From the NCBI GenBank assembly GCA_038087875.1, contig JAXLNO010000392.1, positions 1-39,769 of the forward strand: a stretch of 39,769 nucleotides of DNA. The letters are read 5' to 3'. The notes beneath the pieces were generated by a model. The model was not told the origin of the DNA and made no database searches. It was given only the letters and a program-made list of their open reading frames with translations. Of this stretch, positions 12,264 to 23,788 are shown piece after piece (position 1 is the stretch's first letter; each line of letters begins with the position of its first letter). Both the position numbers and the translations under genes were made by a program. Source of the stretch: Malacoraja senta. Taxonomy: Eukaryota.

Positions 12264-13337
12264 TAACTTAAAAACCTGTACATTTTTGGAGTGTGGCAGG
12301 AACCTGGAGCACCCGGGGGAAACCTACGCAGTCAGTCTAAGGGACAATGTACAAACTTTGTAATCCATCTGATCGAACATCTTCTAAGATTCTTCTTGAC
12401 CTATGCATGAACTCTCACTTTTCTCTGTTTCCCTTCCTTAGGCGCTCTCGGGCAACAAGATATAACCCACAGCTCCAATGGCCTGAAGTCCATCTTTTAT
12501 GGTTTCATTGTGATTCTATGAAAAAGAGAAATAAGCCTGAAAGTTATCTCAGAAAGTCATAGGGAAATCTGTATTATTTCTTGTTTTCATCGTCATCATA
12601 GACTGACAAGATTTTCTTGTTCGGAATGTTATCACATCAGACCAAGCTCTTTACATATCTATTGATTAATAACTAATGATTAATCCCAGACACTATCCAA
12701 ATCAGTTGTAAAGTGTAATTAAAAGATTAAGTTCACAGACATAGATTATGGACATTATGACAGGAGGCACCAGTTTCCATTGACCTTTGAGATGCATTCC
12801 TTTGCTCCTTGTCGACTGAATAATGGAGTGTTCAGATTTGTGCTATGTGGAAAGTAGTTTTGTTACAGTAAAATTGTTGTTTCATCCAGAAATTTAAAGC
12901 AAACCAATTTTTAAAGGTTTGTACTCTTATTAATGTGACAATATAGATTGGTGATTAAAATTAACCATTGGTGCACCAATATATAGATATCTTATGTAGA
13001 GATGGATATGTTGTGCAGGATAATTTTCTGGGTAAAGCCCTACATTGTGGTCAACAGTCTAAAGGTCACAATAATGATTTTCATACTTATAGTTCATTTT
13101 CAACTGGATGAAAATGTATCCTTTGTTGGACTTCAGTTCATCAAGCTTTAACGTTTAGAGTGAATAACAGCATTTGAATGGGGGAAGAGGGAAATAACAA
13201 ACAAAAATTAAGGCAGCTCAGAAAAGAATGGGGAGAATATAGTAATTATGCATAAAAACGTAATATTTAAAATTCCACCAATTAGTTATTGCACCTAATC
13301 AAGCTATTTTGACATCTGAAAATTAATGGTAAGCTTT

Positions 13338-13785
13338 TGTGTGGGAAGGAACTGAAGATCCTGGTTTAAACTGAAGATAGACACAAATGCTGGGGTAACT
13401 GGAGAGAAGGATTGGGTGACGTTTCGGATCGAGACCCTTCTTCAGACTGAACTTTTGTTGTGGGGAGGGAATGCTGGCTTGTGTGGAAGTGACAAAATGG
13501 GCAATTTAATGGGCAGATTGTACTTGTTACTTAATGAGCACCATCAAAGATCGACATAAAGTGCTAGACTAATTCAGTGGGTCAGGCTGGATTTCTGGAG
13601 AAAGGGGATAGGTGACGTTTCGGGTCAGGACCCTTTGTCAGAGTGAATAAAGGTCTGAGAAAGGGTCATAACTGAAATGTCACCCATCCTTTTTCTCCAG
13701 AGATGCTGACTGACCTGCTGAGTTACTCCAGCATATTGTGTCTATCTTTTGTATAAACCAGCATCTGCAGTTCTTTGTTTCTACA
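13338..13785. mobile_element. Cluster of three short Penelope-type terminal modules (13338-13450 -, 13548-13641 -, 13654-13785 +)
   Basis: They share GAACTGCAGATGCTGG, AGATAGACAC, GAGTAACTCAGC and GTGACGTTTCGG segments with the larger Penelope-like copies. Confidence 0.75.
13418..13445 (-). ncRNA. Minimal hammerhead-ribozyme-like core (best-preserved copy)
   Basis: The sense strand reads CTGAAGA-A-GGGTCTCGATCC-GAAAC-GTC, which fits CUGANGA / helix II / GAAA / NUH. Helix I is only about 2 bp, so activity is doubtful. Confidence 0.5.
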
Positions 13786-14121
13786 TTGGAGCTCTTCACC
13801 AAAGTGTTTTTAAAATGACAGCAGATTGAACTCTGCTGCTGGGCACTTTGTAGAGTGATCCCTGGCATCATCCAAAGTAGACTGGAAGCTACAAGAAGAG
13901 GAATTGTGAAAGGGTTTGAGATACACAAACAGGTTTATGTTGCAAAAAAAAGTAAAATTCATCATTACCTAGACCTGTGTCTGGCAATTTCAACCTAACA
14001 AGGAACTGGGATCTCATTGCTCTCTTGCTAAAACCTCTGCCAAAAATGGTCATTGCATTTTAAGAACCTCAATGGAACACAATTCACATATTTAAATCAA
14101 TGCCTCTTTATCTTTGTAATA

Positions 14122-14655
14122 AAAATGAACTGCAGATGCTACTTTATACCAAAGATAGACACAAAATGTTGGAGTAACTTAGCAGGTGAGGCAACATCTC
14201 TGGATAAAATGAGTAGATGACCTTTTGGGTCGGGACCCTTCTTCAGACTAATTGGAGGGGGGGGGAGGGGGAACTGGAATCAAGAAAAGACTTGGACACA
14301 TCAGGGTCAGAAACAGATGACATTAGGCAGGGTGGTTTCAATAGGCTGAATGTTGGATAGGGACAGTGTGATCCCAAGAGGGATACATCATTGCAAACTG
14401 GTACAGGTTTACTGATTAAATGGAGGAAGGGGGGAGGGGAATGTTTGTATAAATTACCTAAAATTAGAGAATTCTACATTCATACCGCTGGGTTGTAAGC
14501 TACCCAAACGAATTATGAGGTGCTGTTCTTCCAATTTGTGTGTGGCCTAACCTTTGCAATGGATGAGATCCAGGACACAAAGGTCCGAATGGGAAGGGGA
14601 GTTAAAATGGTTCGCAACCGGGAGATCCAGTAATCTGTGGCGGACCGAGCATAAG
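14122..14655 (-). mobile_element. Penelope-like 3' fragment
   Basis: Collinear with 35427-35820 (GGAGTAACT..GGCA.CATCTCTGGA, CCCTTCTTCAGA, TTCATACCGCTGGG.TGTAA.CTACCCAA). Confidence 0.78.
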
Positions 14656-14858
14656 TGTTCAGTCATTTCGGATCAGGACCCTCTTCAGAAACATCACCTC
14701 TCCCCCTTCATCTTAGGGTGAGTATCCTTGTCACTGGAAATTCAGAAATTCGTTTCTTAAGTGTTCAGTCATTTCGGATCAGGACCCTCTTCAGAAACAT
14801 CACCTCTCCCCCTTCATCTTAGGGTGAGTATCCTTGTCACTGGAAATTCAGAAATTCG
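14652..14858. repeat. Perfect 101-bp direct duplication with a 5-bp spacer
   Basis: 14652-14752 is identical to 14758-14858, separated by TTTCT. Confidence 0.95.
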
Positions 14859-17800
14859 GTTCACCAGATTGGGATGGTAATTAAGGTAACAAGGTCCATT
14901 GCGATATTTAAATTTTCTTTTAAAATCTTCTTAAGAATTTATTTTCAGACTCATAGCAGGTCTTACAAAGTGGCTAAACCATGAAGCCTGTGTCCCCCCC
15001 CCCGGGGCATTTACAGTCATCTCAGTTAAAAATATAGAAAGTAGTGTGATAAAATGTTACAGTGTGACAAAATATGTACATAAGAGAACCGAAGAATATC
15101 ATTGTAATTTAACATTTTTTTCACTGAATCACAAATTAATAATAAATACTAAATCCTACAAAATGGTCATTGGGGAGTGAGAGAGATGTGAAAACTCATT
15201 TGCTGGTCTTTTTCTTATAGAATTTGATTGACATCTGGCACAGTCTTGTGGAAGAAATCCAATTCCAATTGAGAGTGTAATTTCTGTAGGAACAAATCTG
15301 TTAGTTTTAATCAATCAGGGTACACCTCTAAAATTACTGCTTTGAAACACCAGTGTTGCGTTAAACTAGCAGTGAAGGGCTGTAACAATCTGAATGTGGA
15401 ATACTAATTTCTTGAGGGTAGACACTAACGGGACACTAGACAGGTAACATTATGCCAAAAAATAACTCAAAGCAAGATATGAAAATTGCACATCTATTAA
15501 AAATAGATATTGGTTGGACATCTATTCACGTTTACACAAAATAAACCAAGGCAAGAGCTGAAAATGATTCATTGGGCTATCTTAAAATTTTTATTCTGGT
15601 CCTTACTGTAGAAAACAACTCAAGAATAAACAGCTGAGAAACATGTTGATCCAAAGCTTGAGGGGTCTTTGACAGTAGTGGAGAGATATTTTCTATACCC
15701 TGAGTACAGAAAAATCATTATCCGAACAAAATTTACCTTTGTGTCTTTGTACTCTTCTAAATTGACAGCTGCAGATCCTGGATAATGCTGCCTGAAATAG
15801 ATTTGTATATTTTACATGAAGCACAAGATTGTTATTCCCAATGAAATGGGTGCTGAGAATTGCACATGAGAAAGGATAACCCAATAAAAACACAAAGTAT
15901 GGTCCAGAGGTCATACACTTTGTTCATCATTGGAATATGCCACACTCCTTTCACGAGAACATCCCAAATCTGTATCATTGAATAATCCACGAAATATGCA
16001 GTTCTTCACTTAAAAATAAAATTGAACAAGAGTTGAATGAAATTGAACCAAACCAATCTAAAACAATTAATGGTAAAACAATGTCACTAACAAAAGCCAA
16101 GTACTAAAGGTAAGTATAATTCCCAAACATTCAGTACCAGCAATGCCAGCATGAAAAAAGAAATCTGATGTAAAAATGGAGGGCATCCATTTTTTACTGG
16201 CATATGGTAACAATAATTGTGGACGTACTTTAATGTTGGCACTGAATAGTGGACAAGGTGAAGCCAACAGCTTTGTCAATTTTAATAGCACTGCCAGTTT
16301 ACTAAATTTTTTAATAATAAAAAAAACTAATAAAGGAAAGCCTACTAATGAGATGAAAGCAGAAACTTATGGTACTTTCCACTGATCGATAGGATTATGC
16401 CCGTAGGGATTGTATGCTCACCTGCTGAGCTAGAGTTATTTTAACAATAGTTCAAGAGGATGGTGAAGTATATCAAGACTGACAGAATGAATGCTCAAAG
16501 CAGAAGCTTTGCTAAGTATTACAAGTTGCAGGGGGGTGTTGGCAGCATTTTGTGCAAATAACTGAACAGTCTACTTCTGGGACTTATTTAGTTATGCTTA
16601 AATATGTACCATTTGTTGCAGAAAAAAATCTGTGAATATATTTGTAGGAGACCCTGTTGTTATTTACTTTTGGGAATGTGTAAAAATTTCTTGTGTAAAA
16701 ATTTAAAACGGGATTTGCATAACTCACCCAACAAAATATCTTTACCATTTTATATTTATGATGGGAATGACAGCCAGGATGGAGGGAACAACGAATTCCT
16801 CTGACTTCGAGGAGGAAGACTGACTGTAAAAAAATCACACAGTGCATTGCAGTGTCAATAAGCAGAATACCTCCGCATGGACCAGTGAGTGGGAGCTCCC
16901 ATACCTATTTGAAGAGAATAAGTTTGTTCATTTTAAAAATCGCATTAACATGATCAACTGATTCATTTTTACAAAAAGTTACATCCTTCCAGACATATAG
17001 TGTTTTTATGGATTAATTGTTTGGGGGGGGGGGGGGGAAGCAAGGCAAAATTGGATAGTGAGATGTGGGAAGTTCCTGAGAGAGTGAGAATGGGAATAAT
17101 TATTTTTTTGTTTTAATGTAATCCAGCAAAAATGTATGCCTTTTTTCTTGTATGTAGAGATTTTATTTATTTATTTTTCCTACAAATGCAATGAAGTAGG
17201 ATTCAGGCAGGCAATTAATCTCCAATCACTCACATGCACATGGAGAATACAAAATACACAGATGTCAGTGACTAGAAACAGATTCTTACATTTAACAATT
17301 ATCTATTCATTTTTTGAACATTTTGTGCACAGTATGTCTTTGAGTGGTTTTATGTATATCTTTCATCTCAAAATAAATATATAATTTCTGATTTCCTTGT
17401 TAATGAGATGCAGACCAGTGTTTACTAAAGTTACATCTGTTCCTTTTATGCAGGTGATTATTGCATGTTTCTACGTGAATCAAAGTATTTGGCAGCTAAT
17501 TATACTGAACAATGCAGGCAGATAATACATATTTGTGCACATCTGAATTAAAAGAAGATTCTTGCATAGAAATATTCAGAAAACAATGGATATTGGTAAG
17601 AAGTATTGTGTCTTGTTAGAAACCATTTACAGGTTAAAGAGGAGAAAATTGTGTACCTCCTGGTTGAAGATTGGTACTTACAGAAAGTTATGAAATAGAC
17701 TCCAGGTGAGAAAAAGATTATCTTGAATGCCATAGATGGTTGTATGCTGCGTGTAAGAAATAATTCTGGCCAAATATAACTGGGAACTGGGTAGACGGGG

Positions 17801-18807
17801 TATTATACATTTATCGGTCAATATATCGAGAGCTGAATAGTTTGCAACTAATGACATTATGAAGTACATCAAAATGAAGAGGATTAATCCTGGTGAGTTA
17901 AAACAAAGTGATGACAGTCACTACCAAAATGTGGCATTTGTGTATATTGAAAGCAAGTGAAAAAAGGCAAGGAAATGCATATCTCACAGGAAAAGTCTGC
18001 ACGTTTTAAAGGAGTGTGTTCTATTTCTCAAGCAGATCCTTCTCTGGCCCAGCCAAAGTAAGTTTGTATTTAAGACCAGTTGCAACGTCTAGAGAAATTA
18101 TATCCGATGCTCATTCAAATAAAACAATATTCAGTTACTGGAAATTGAAATATTTCCCTGCAGCTGGAGAAGAATTGGGGCTGCACTGGACGAGATTTAG
18201 TGGGGAAATTCCAAATCTTACACGATTCAGGCAATACAGATTTCTGTTCAGTCTCCACATGATGTAGAAAATTGTATTATAAACATTTATGAAACATTTC
18301 TGTATTTTGCAATGTATTACCATCTGGTAATGTGACTGCCAACAACTCTTAGCGATACTTTAAAATGGGTTGTATTGCATTCGTTTTACAACGAGTTGCA
18401 GTTCACCTTGATGCTTGAGACCTGCCTACCGATTTACTGCTACCAATAAACCACAAACACATGTACAATAGCACATTTCAAAGGTCGAAGGTCGGGGGAA
18501 ACTTTCAAGGTAAGTACCCTCATTAAACACAGTAAAATATAAGCCATTTTGCTTGTCATCAATGTTGTTAGATGAACTTAGCAATAGATTAGTTTGAAAA
18601 TTAATGTTATCACTAGCTTCTGTTTTCTTTAATATTCAAATAGACTCCATTTTTCCATGATTAATTGGGACTAATTAACTACAACGAGTAAACTGTCCCA
18701 CAAGGCAGAATTTCTCTTATTAACATAGGATCTCACATTGATATTTTATTTCCAGTGGTGAATCTGTACAACAGGATCAAGACAATCCTTCCAAACAAAA
18801 ACAAATT

Positions 18808-19135
18808 GTAGACACAGGAGAATGCCGATGCTGGAATCCTGAACAAAACACAAAGTGCTGGAATAATTCAGTTGGTCAGTCAGCATCTGTGGAGGGAATT
18901 TACAGGCATTGTTTCAGGTTATGGTATATTTTTAGACTGATGGAGTAAGGGTTGGGTGGCTGGGAAGCTTGAAAAAAGATGTGGAGGCAGGACGAAGCCT
19001 TGGAAGTGATAGGTGGAATCAGGTTAATGGGGTGTGATTGGCAAATGGGTGGAGAATGTCAGATAAGAGGAGAGGAGTGAAATGTAAAGCCGGAGGAAGG
19101 GATGTGGGGATGGGGAAAGGGGGAGAAAACAAATG
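18808..19135 (-). mobile_element. Degenerate Penelope-type fragment next to the L1 3' end
   Basis: GATGCTGGAATC..CACAAAGTGCTGGAATAATTCAG..CAGCATCTGTGGAG followed by a purine-rich tract, as in 14122-14450. Confidence 0.55.
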
Positions 19136-19596
19136 GTAACATGGTGAGGAAATTTCCACATTTCCATATTAGTGTTAAGATTCTTTTTTTTTTTATTTTT
19201 TTTATTTTTTTTTATTTTTTAGAAGTACGGTAGATTACAGTAATGTACAACACGTATATATTAATACATTTTTTGTACCGCTTCACTTTTTTAAACTTTA
19301 AGAAAGAAAAAGAAAGAAGTAAGAAAAGTGAAGAAAGTGCGCAAAGGTTGTGAAGTGCAAAAGAGTGTTGGGAAAAGAAAGCCCCTTAGAAAAGAGGTTA
19401 GAGAAGGAAGTAAAGTTAGAAAATAGACCCTAGAAAAAAAAGAGAAAGAAAGAAGGAACAATCGCTCTATTATAACTCTTATACCATACTTCATAGAGAA
19501 GGAACTACCAACCAAGTCTATTTTTATTTTACCTCCCATTACCAGGTCCAGATACCTTTTATTTATTTATTTGTTTTTCTAAATTACTATTGCACC

Positions 19597-22500
19597 TCAT
19601 GCTTGTAATAGGTCCAAAAACGTAGACCACGTCTTTTGAAATTGATCTACTTTGCCTACTAGGAGGAATCTCATCTCTTCCAGATGTAATGTTTCCAACA
19701 TATTTGATGTCCACATTTTTATTGTTGGTGTGGGCGCATTTTTCCAGAATTTAAGTATAAGCTTTTTTCCCATTATTAGCCCATAATTGAGTAAATTCTT
19801 CTGATACACGTTTAATTCAGGAATACCTTCCGATATTCCAAAAATAATCCATTCTGGTTTTGGTACCAGTTTTATTTTGATTAATTTTGAAAAAATATCA
19901 AATATTTCAAACCAGAATTTTTGGATTTTTGTACAAAAAACAAAAGAATGTGCTATGGTAGCTTCTTGACATATACATTTATCACAGATTGGTGAGACGT
20001 TAGGAAAGATTTTATTTAGTTTGGTTTTTGAATAATATAATCTATGTAATGTTTTAAATTGGATAAGCGTATGTCGTACGTTGATCGAGCATTTATGCAC
20101 CTGTAATAAATGATTATCCCAACTCTCTTTTGAAATTTTTATACCTAGATCTTGTTCCCAATCTCTTCTAATTCCATCTGTTGTGGGTATTTCTATATTT
20201 AAGATGATATTATATAAGTATGATATTAAATTAACTGATTCCGCCTTTGTCTTCATTGCTTCATCTAGTAAGTCGGAAGGCATATTATAATAATCTTTTG
20301 TGTGTGTTTTCAAATAGTCACAGATTTGTATATATTTAAAATATTGATTATTTTTCAAATTATATTTCAGTTGTAGTTGTTGGAATGATAGTAATTTTTC
20401 TAATTCATACAGATCTTCGAGCGTTTTAATTCCCATTCTTTCCCATTGTATAAATGCTTTATCTATGATTGAAGGTTTAAACGATGGGTTATTGACTATT
20501 GGTATTAAGAGAGATAGGTTTCTTAATTTTAGATTCTGTTTTATTTGCTTCCATGTTCTAATAGTGCTATATATAATTGGATTTTTATTATAATTTTTAT
20601 TATTCAAATTTATTGGAGAGAGAATAATCGCTCCTATATTATTCGGGGAGCAATCCCCTTTTTCCATTATAATCCAGTCCACCTGCTGGGCAGAATTGTC
20701 CAGCAGGTGAATCATATTTTTAATATTTACTGCCCAGTTATAATACATAAAGTTAGGGAGCGCTAGACCCCCCAACTCTTTTCGTTTGTTAAGGTGTGTT
20801 CTTTGTATTCTGTGGGATTTGTAATCCCATATAAAATTTGTAATGTCTGAGTCCAGTTTTTTGAAAAACTTTTTTGGGAGATATATAGGTATTGATTGAA
20901 ATAGGTAAAGGATTTGTGGTAAGAAAATCATTTTTATAGCATTTATCCTACCTATTAAGGACATCGGAAGTGTTTTCCAAAATTTAATCAGATTATTTAA
21001 TTTCTTAAGTAGGGGATTATAATTAGCTTTAAACATATCATGGTAATTTCTAGTAATCTCAATTCCTAAATATTTGAATTTTTCCATAGCTATTTTAAAA
21101 GGGAATTTCCTGAGATGTGTTGAGTCTTTTGGTTTAATCGACATAATTTCACTTTTGTTCCAATTTATTCTATATCCTGAAAAGGATCCAAAGTCCTCAA
21201 TTAAGTTTAATATATTTGGTATACTAATTTGTGGTTTTGTGATGTACAGTAGTACATCATCAGCATATAGGGATAGTTTGTTGTTTGAATATTTTGTGTT
21301 ATAACCGTGAATATTCGAGTGTGTTCTTATTTTTTCAGCAAGGGGTTCAATTACCAAAGCAAATAACAGCGGTGATAGTGAACATCCTTGTCTGTTGCCC
21401 CTAGATAATTCGAATTTTGAAGATAATATATTATTAGTTAGTATTCTAGCCGTAGGTTTGTTATATAGTAGTTTTATCCATGCAATAAAGTTTTCTCCCA
21501 ATTGGAATTTTTGCAATACTTTGATCATATAGTCCCATTCTACTTGATCAAACGCTTTTTCTGCGTCCAGTGAGATGATAGCTAACTCTTGGTCATAAGA
21601 TTTATGTGAATGCATTATGTTAAGCAAACGTCTCAAATTATTAAATGAGTGTCTCTTAGGTATAAATCCTGTTTGATCCTCATGTATTAGTCTACTAACA
21701 TACTTGCTTAATCTATTGGCTAATGTTTTTGCTATTATTTTCTGATCCGTATTTAACAAAGCAATAGCTCTATATGATCCTGGTTCTTCTATATTTTTAT
21801 CTTTTTTAAGTATTAATATGATCGTTGATTCCGCTAGTGTTTCAGGTAGGTTTTGCTCTTTATAAGCATATGTATACATTTTTTGTAATCGTGGAGTAAC
21901 TATATCATAAAAAGATTTATAAAATTCATTACTGAATCCGTCTGGTCCTGGTGTTTTTCCATTTTTTAGTGTTTTTATTGTGTCTTCTATCTCCTTAGAA
22001 GTAATTTGTGCTCCCAGTTCCTCTTGTTCCCTGCGTTCTAATTGTGGTAGATTACAATTATCTAAAAATTCTGAGATTTTATTATTGTCTATTGACGTTT
22101 TAGATGTGTATAGATTCTGGTAAAATTGAGCAAATCTTTTATTAATATCCTTGGGTAGTGTTAATACTTCCCCTCTATCTGATTTAATCTTTAATATTGC
22201 ATTCTCTTTTTCCCGTTTTTTAAGTTGTCGTGCTAGAAGTTTGTGGGGTTTGTCCCCGAATTCGAAGTGTTCTTGTTTTGTGATTTGAAATAATGTTATA
22301 ACTTTCTCTGACAGTAATTTATTTAACTGAAATTTCAGTAGTAGTATTTTATTATGTTTATCCATAGTTGGGTCTTTAGCATTATCTATATCTAACTGTT
22401 TTATTTGATCTTCTAAGTGTCTTTGTTCATTCTTATTCTTTTTATTTTGATAAGCTTGAAATGAAATAATGACTCCTCTTATAAATGCTTTGAAGGATTC

Positions 22501-23388
22501 CCATAATAACGTGGGGGATATCTCTGGTGTATCATTTAACTCAAAAAATAGATCCATCTGTTTTTTTAGATAGATACTCCCTTGAGGGTCTTTTAAAATT
22601 TGTGAGTTAAACCTCCAGAACGGTTTATTCATAGACATTCCTTCTAGTTTTAGAACAAAAGTTAACGGAGAATGATCTGAGATCGCATTAATATGATATT
22701 TAGGATTCAGAGATTGCGAAATTAATTTTGTATCCACTAGAAAATAGTCTATCCGTGAATATGTTTTATGCACCATTGAATAAAACGAGTAATCCCTTCC
22801 CGTCGGGTTTGCAATCCTCCATACATCTGTTATATTTGTGTTTTCCATATATGTGTGTAAGAGTTCACTGGTTTTAGATTTCGTCTGACCTTTTTGTTTT
22901 TGCATCGATTTATCTAAATAAGGATCTAAAACACAATTAAAATCTCCTCCGATTATAACATTTTGATAATTAGATTCTGCAATTATATTCAGAATTTTAT
23001 TAAAAAATTGAGGGTTATCAAAGTTGGGCGCATATATGTTTACCAGCGTAATTGGCATATTATTGATCTCCCCTGCTACTATAAGATATCTCCCTTCCTT
23101 ATCTAAAATAGTGTTCTTTGATTTAAATGGAATTCCTTTACGAATAATAATTGCAGTACCTCTAGATTTGGAGGTAAATGAAGAGTGAAATGTTTGGCCT
23201 ATCCAGTTCGCCCTCAGTCTTGTCTGATCTTGCTGTTTAAGATGTGTTTCCTGTAGAAACGCTATGTCCGTGTTGTATGATTTCAACTGAGCTAGTATCT
23301 TGCCCCTTTTAATAGGTTCATTAATCCCCCTTATATTCCAACTACATAATGTGATTCCTCCTATTTTCTTTTGATTGTCGTCATGCAT
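19597..23388 (-). CDS. L1 ORF2p: APE endonuclease, reverse transcriptase and C-terminal Cys/His domain (1263 aa from the first ATG)
   Basis: Uninterrupted ORF with endonuclease motifs SWNIRG, LQETH, GGDFN, SRIDYF, SDHSP; RT motifs PGPDGF, SLDAEKAFD, RQGCSLSP, YADD, KYLG; and a CxxC..H..C tail. The track start at 23397 is TTG; the first ATG is at 23388. Confidence 0.96.
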   Translation of the reverse strand: MHDDNQKKIGGITLCSWNIRGINEPIKRGKILAQLKSYNTDIAFLQETHLKQQDQTRLRANWIGQTFHSSFTSKSRGTAIIIRKGIPFKSKNTILDKEGRYLIVAGEINNMPITLVNIYAPNFDNPQFFNKILNIIAESNYQNVIIGGDFNCVLDPYLDKSMQKQKGQTKSKTSELLHTYMENTNITDVWRIANPTGRDYSFYSMVHKTYSRIDYFLVDTKLISQSLNPKYHINAISDHSPLTFVLKLEGMSMNKPFWRFNSQILKDPQGSIYLKKQMDLFFELNDTPEISPTLLWESFKAFIRGVIISFQAYQNKKNKNEQRHLEDQIKQLDIDNAKDPTMDKHNKILLLKFQLNKLLSEKVITLFQITKQEHFEFGDKPHKLLARQLKKREKENAILKIKSDRGEVLTLPKDINKRFAQFYQNLYTSKTSIDNNKISEFLDNCNLPQLERREQEELGAQITSKEIEDTIKTLKNGKTPGPDGFSNEFYKSFYDIVTPRLQKMYTYAYKEQNLPETLAESTIILILKKDKNIEEPGSYRAIALLNTDQKIIAKTLANRLSKYVSRLIHEDQTGFIPKRHSFNNLRRLLNIMHSHKSYDQELAIISLDAEKAFDQVEWDYMIKVLQKFQLGENFIAWIKLLYNKPTARILTNNILSSKFELSRGNRQGCSLSPLLFALVIEPLAEKIRTHSNIHGYNTKYSNNKLSLYADDVLLYITKPQISIPNILNLIEDFGSFSGYRINWNKSEIMSIKPKDSTHLRKFPFKIAMEKFKYLGIEITRNYHDMFKANYNPLLKKLNNLIKFWKTLPMSLIGRINAIKMIFLPQILYLFQSIPIYLPKKFFKKLDSDITNFIWDYKSHRIQRTHLNKRKELGGLALPNFMYYNWAVNIKNMIHLLDNSAQQVDWIIMEKGDCSPNNIGAIILSPINLNNKNYNKNPIIYSTIRTWKQIKQNLKLRNLSLLIPIVNNPSFKPSIIDKAFIQWERMGIKTLEDLYELEKLLSFQQLQLKYNLKNNQYFKYIQICDYLKTHTKDYYNMPSDLLDEAMKTKAESVNLISYLYNIILNIEIPTTDGIRRDWEQDLGIKISKESWDNHLLQVHKCSINVRHTLIQFKTLHRLYYSKTKLNKIFPNVSPICDKCICQEATIAHSFVFCTKIQKFWFEIFDIFSKLIKIKLVPKPEWIIFGISEGIPELNVYQKNLLNYGLIMGKKLILKFWKNAPTPTIKMWTSNMLETLHLEEMRFLLVGKVDQFQKTWSTFLDLLQA

Positions 23389-23788
23389 TTTTACCAATTT
23401 TAATGACCTTAATTATTGTGGTGCGTTCATACCTCCGGACTCTGGTTATTTTGGGAGTATTTCTATTATAGACTTCCTTGGTAGTTCTCCTGCGCGATTG
23501 TCCTTGAAGAAAAAACACACAGATGTGACATATTGTGATTAAAAAAAAATATATATATAAATCAAATAAATTTACGGTGTCTAAAATTTCAACACCGTAG
23601 TGAGTGGCCCACTCGTCTGTGGGGTACGACATCCATAACGCTTCCGGCGTAGTTGGTATAAAGTTAGCCCCGCTGTATTTATTACCCAAAATCTATGGGG
23701 TCATTACCGTTTCCAATTCAGTTCTATTTCACCCAGTTACAATTTATATATATGTCAAATGTATTCGATTCCATATCCTACTCACTCT

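Larger units (their letters stand above)
10497..12355 (-). mobile_element. V-SINE/HE1-like SINE split by the Tc1 insertion (pieces about 10497-10618 and 12266-12355)
   Basis: Joining the flanks restores GCCAATTA|ACTTAAAAACCTGTAC, matching GCCAATTAACCTACAAACCTGTAT in the intact SINE at 26800-27115; (TTTAG)n tail. Confidence 0.8.

Noticed and set aside
15737..15791. Possible 55-nt minus-strand exon (tttcag|GCAGC..CAAAG|gtaaat)
   Set aside because: The pyrimidine tract is weak, the peptide is not recognisable and no partner exons were found.
17023..17037. Poly-G and poly-C runs (also 2023-2040) as G-quadruplex elements
   Set aside because: They are simple homopolymers with no contextual support.
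23389..23397. Track start of ORF2 at 23397
   Set aside because: The codon is TTG; the first ATG is at 23388.
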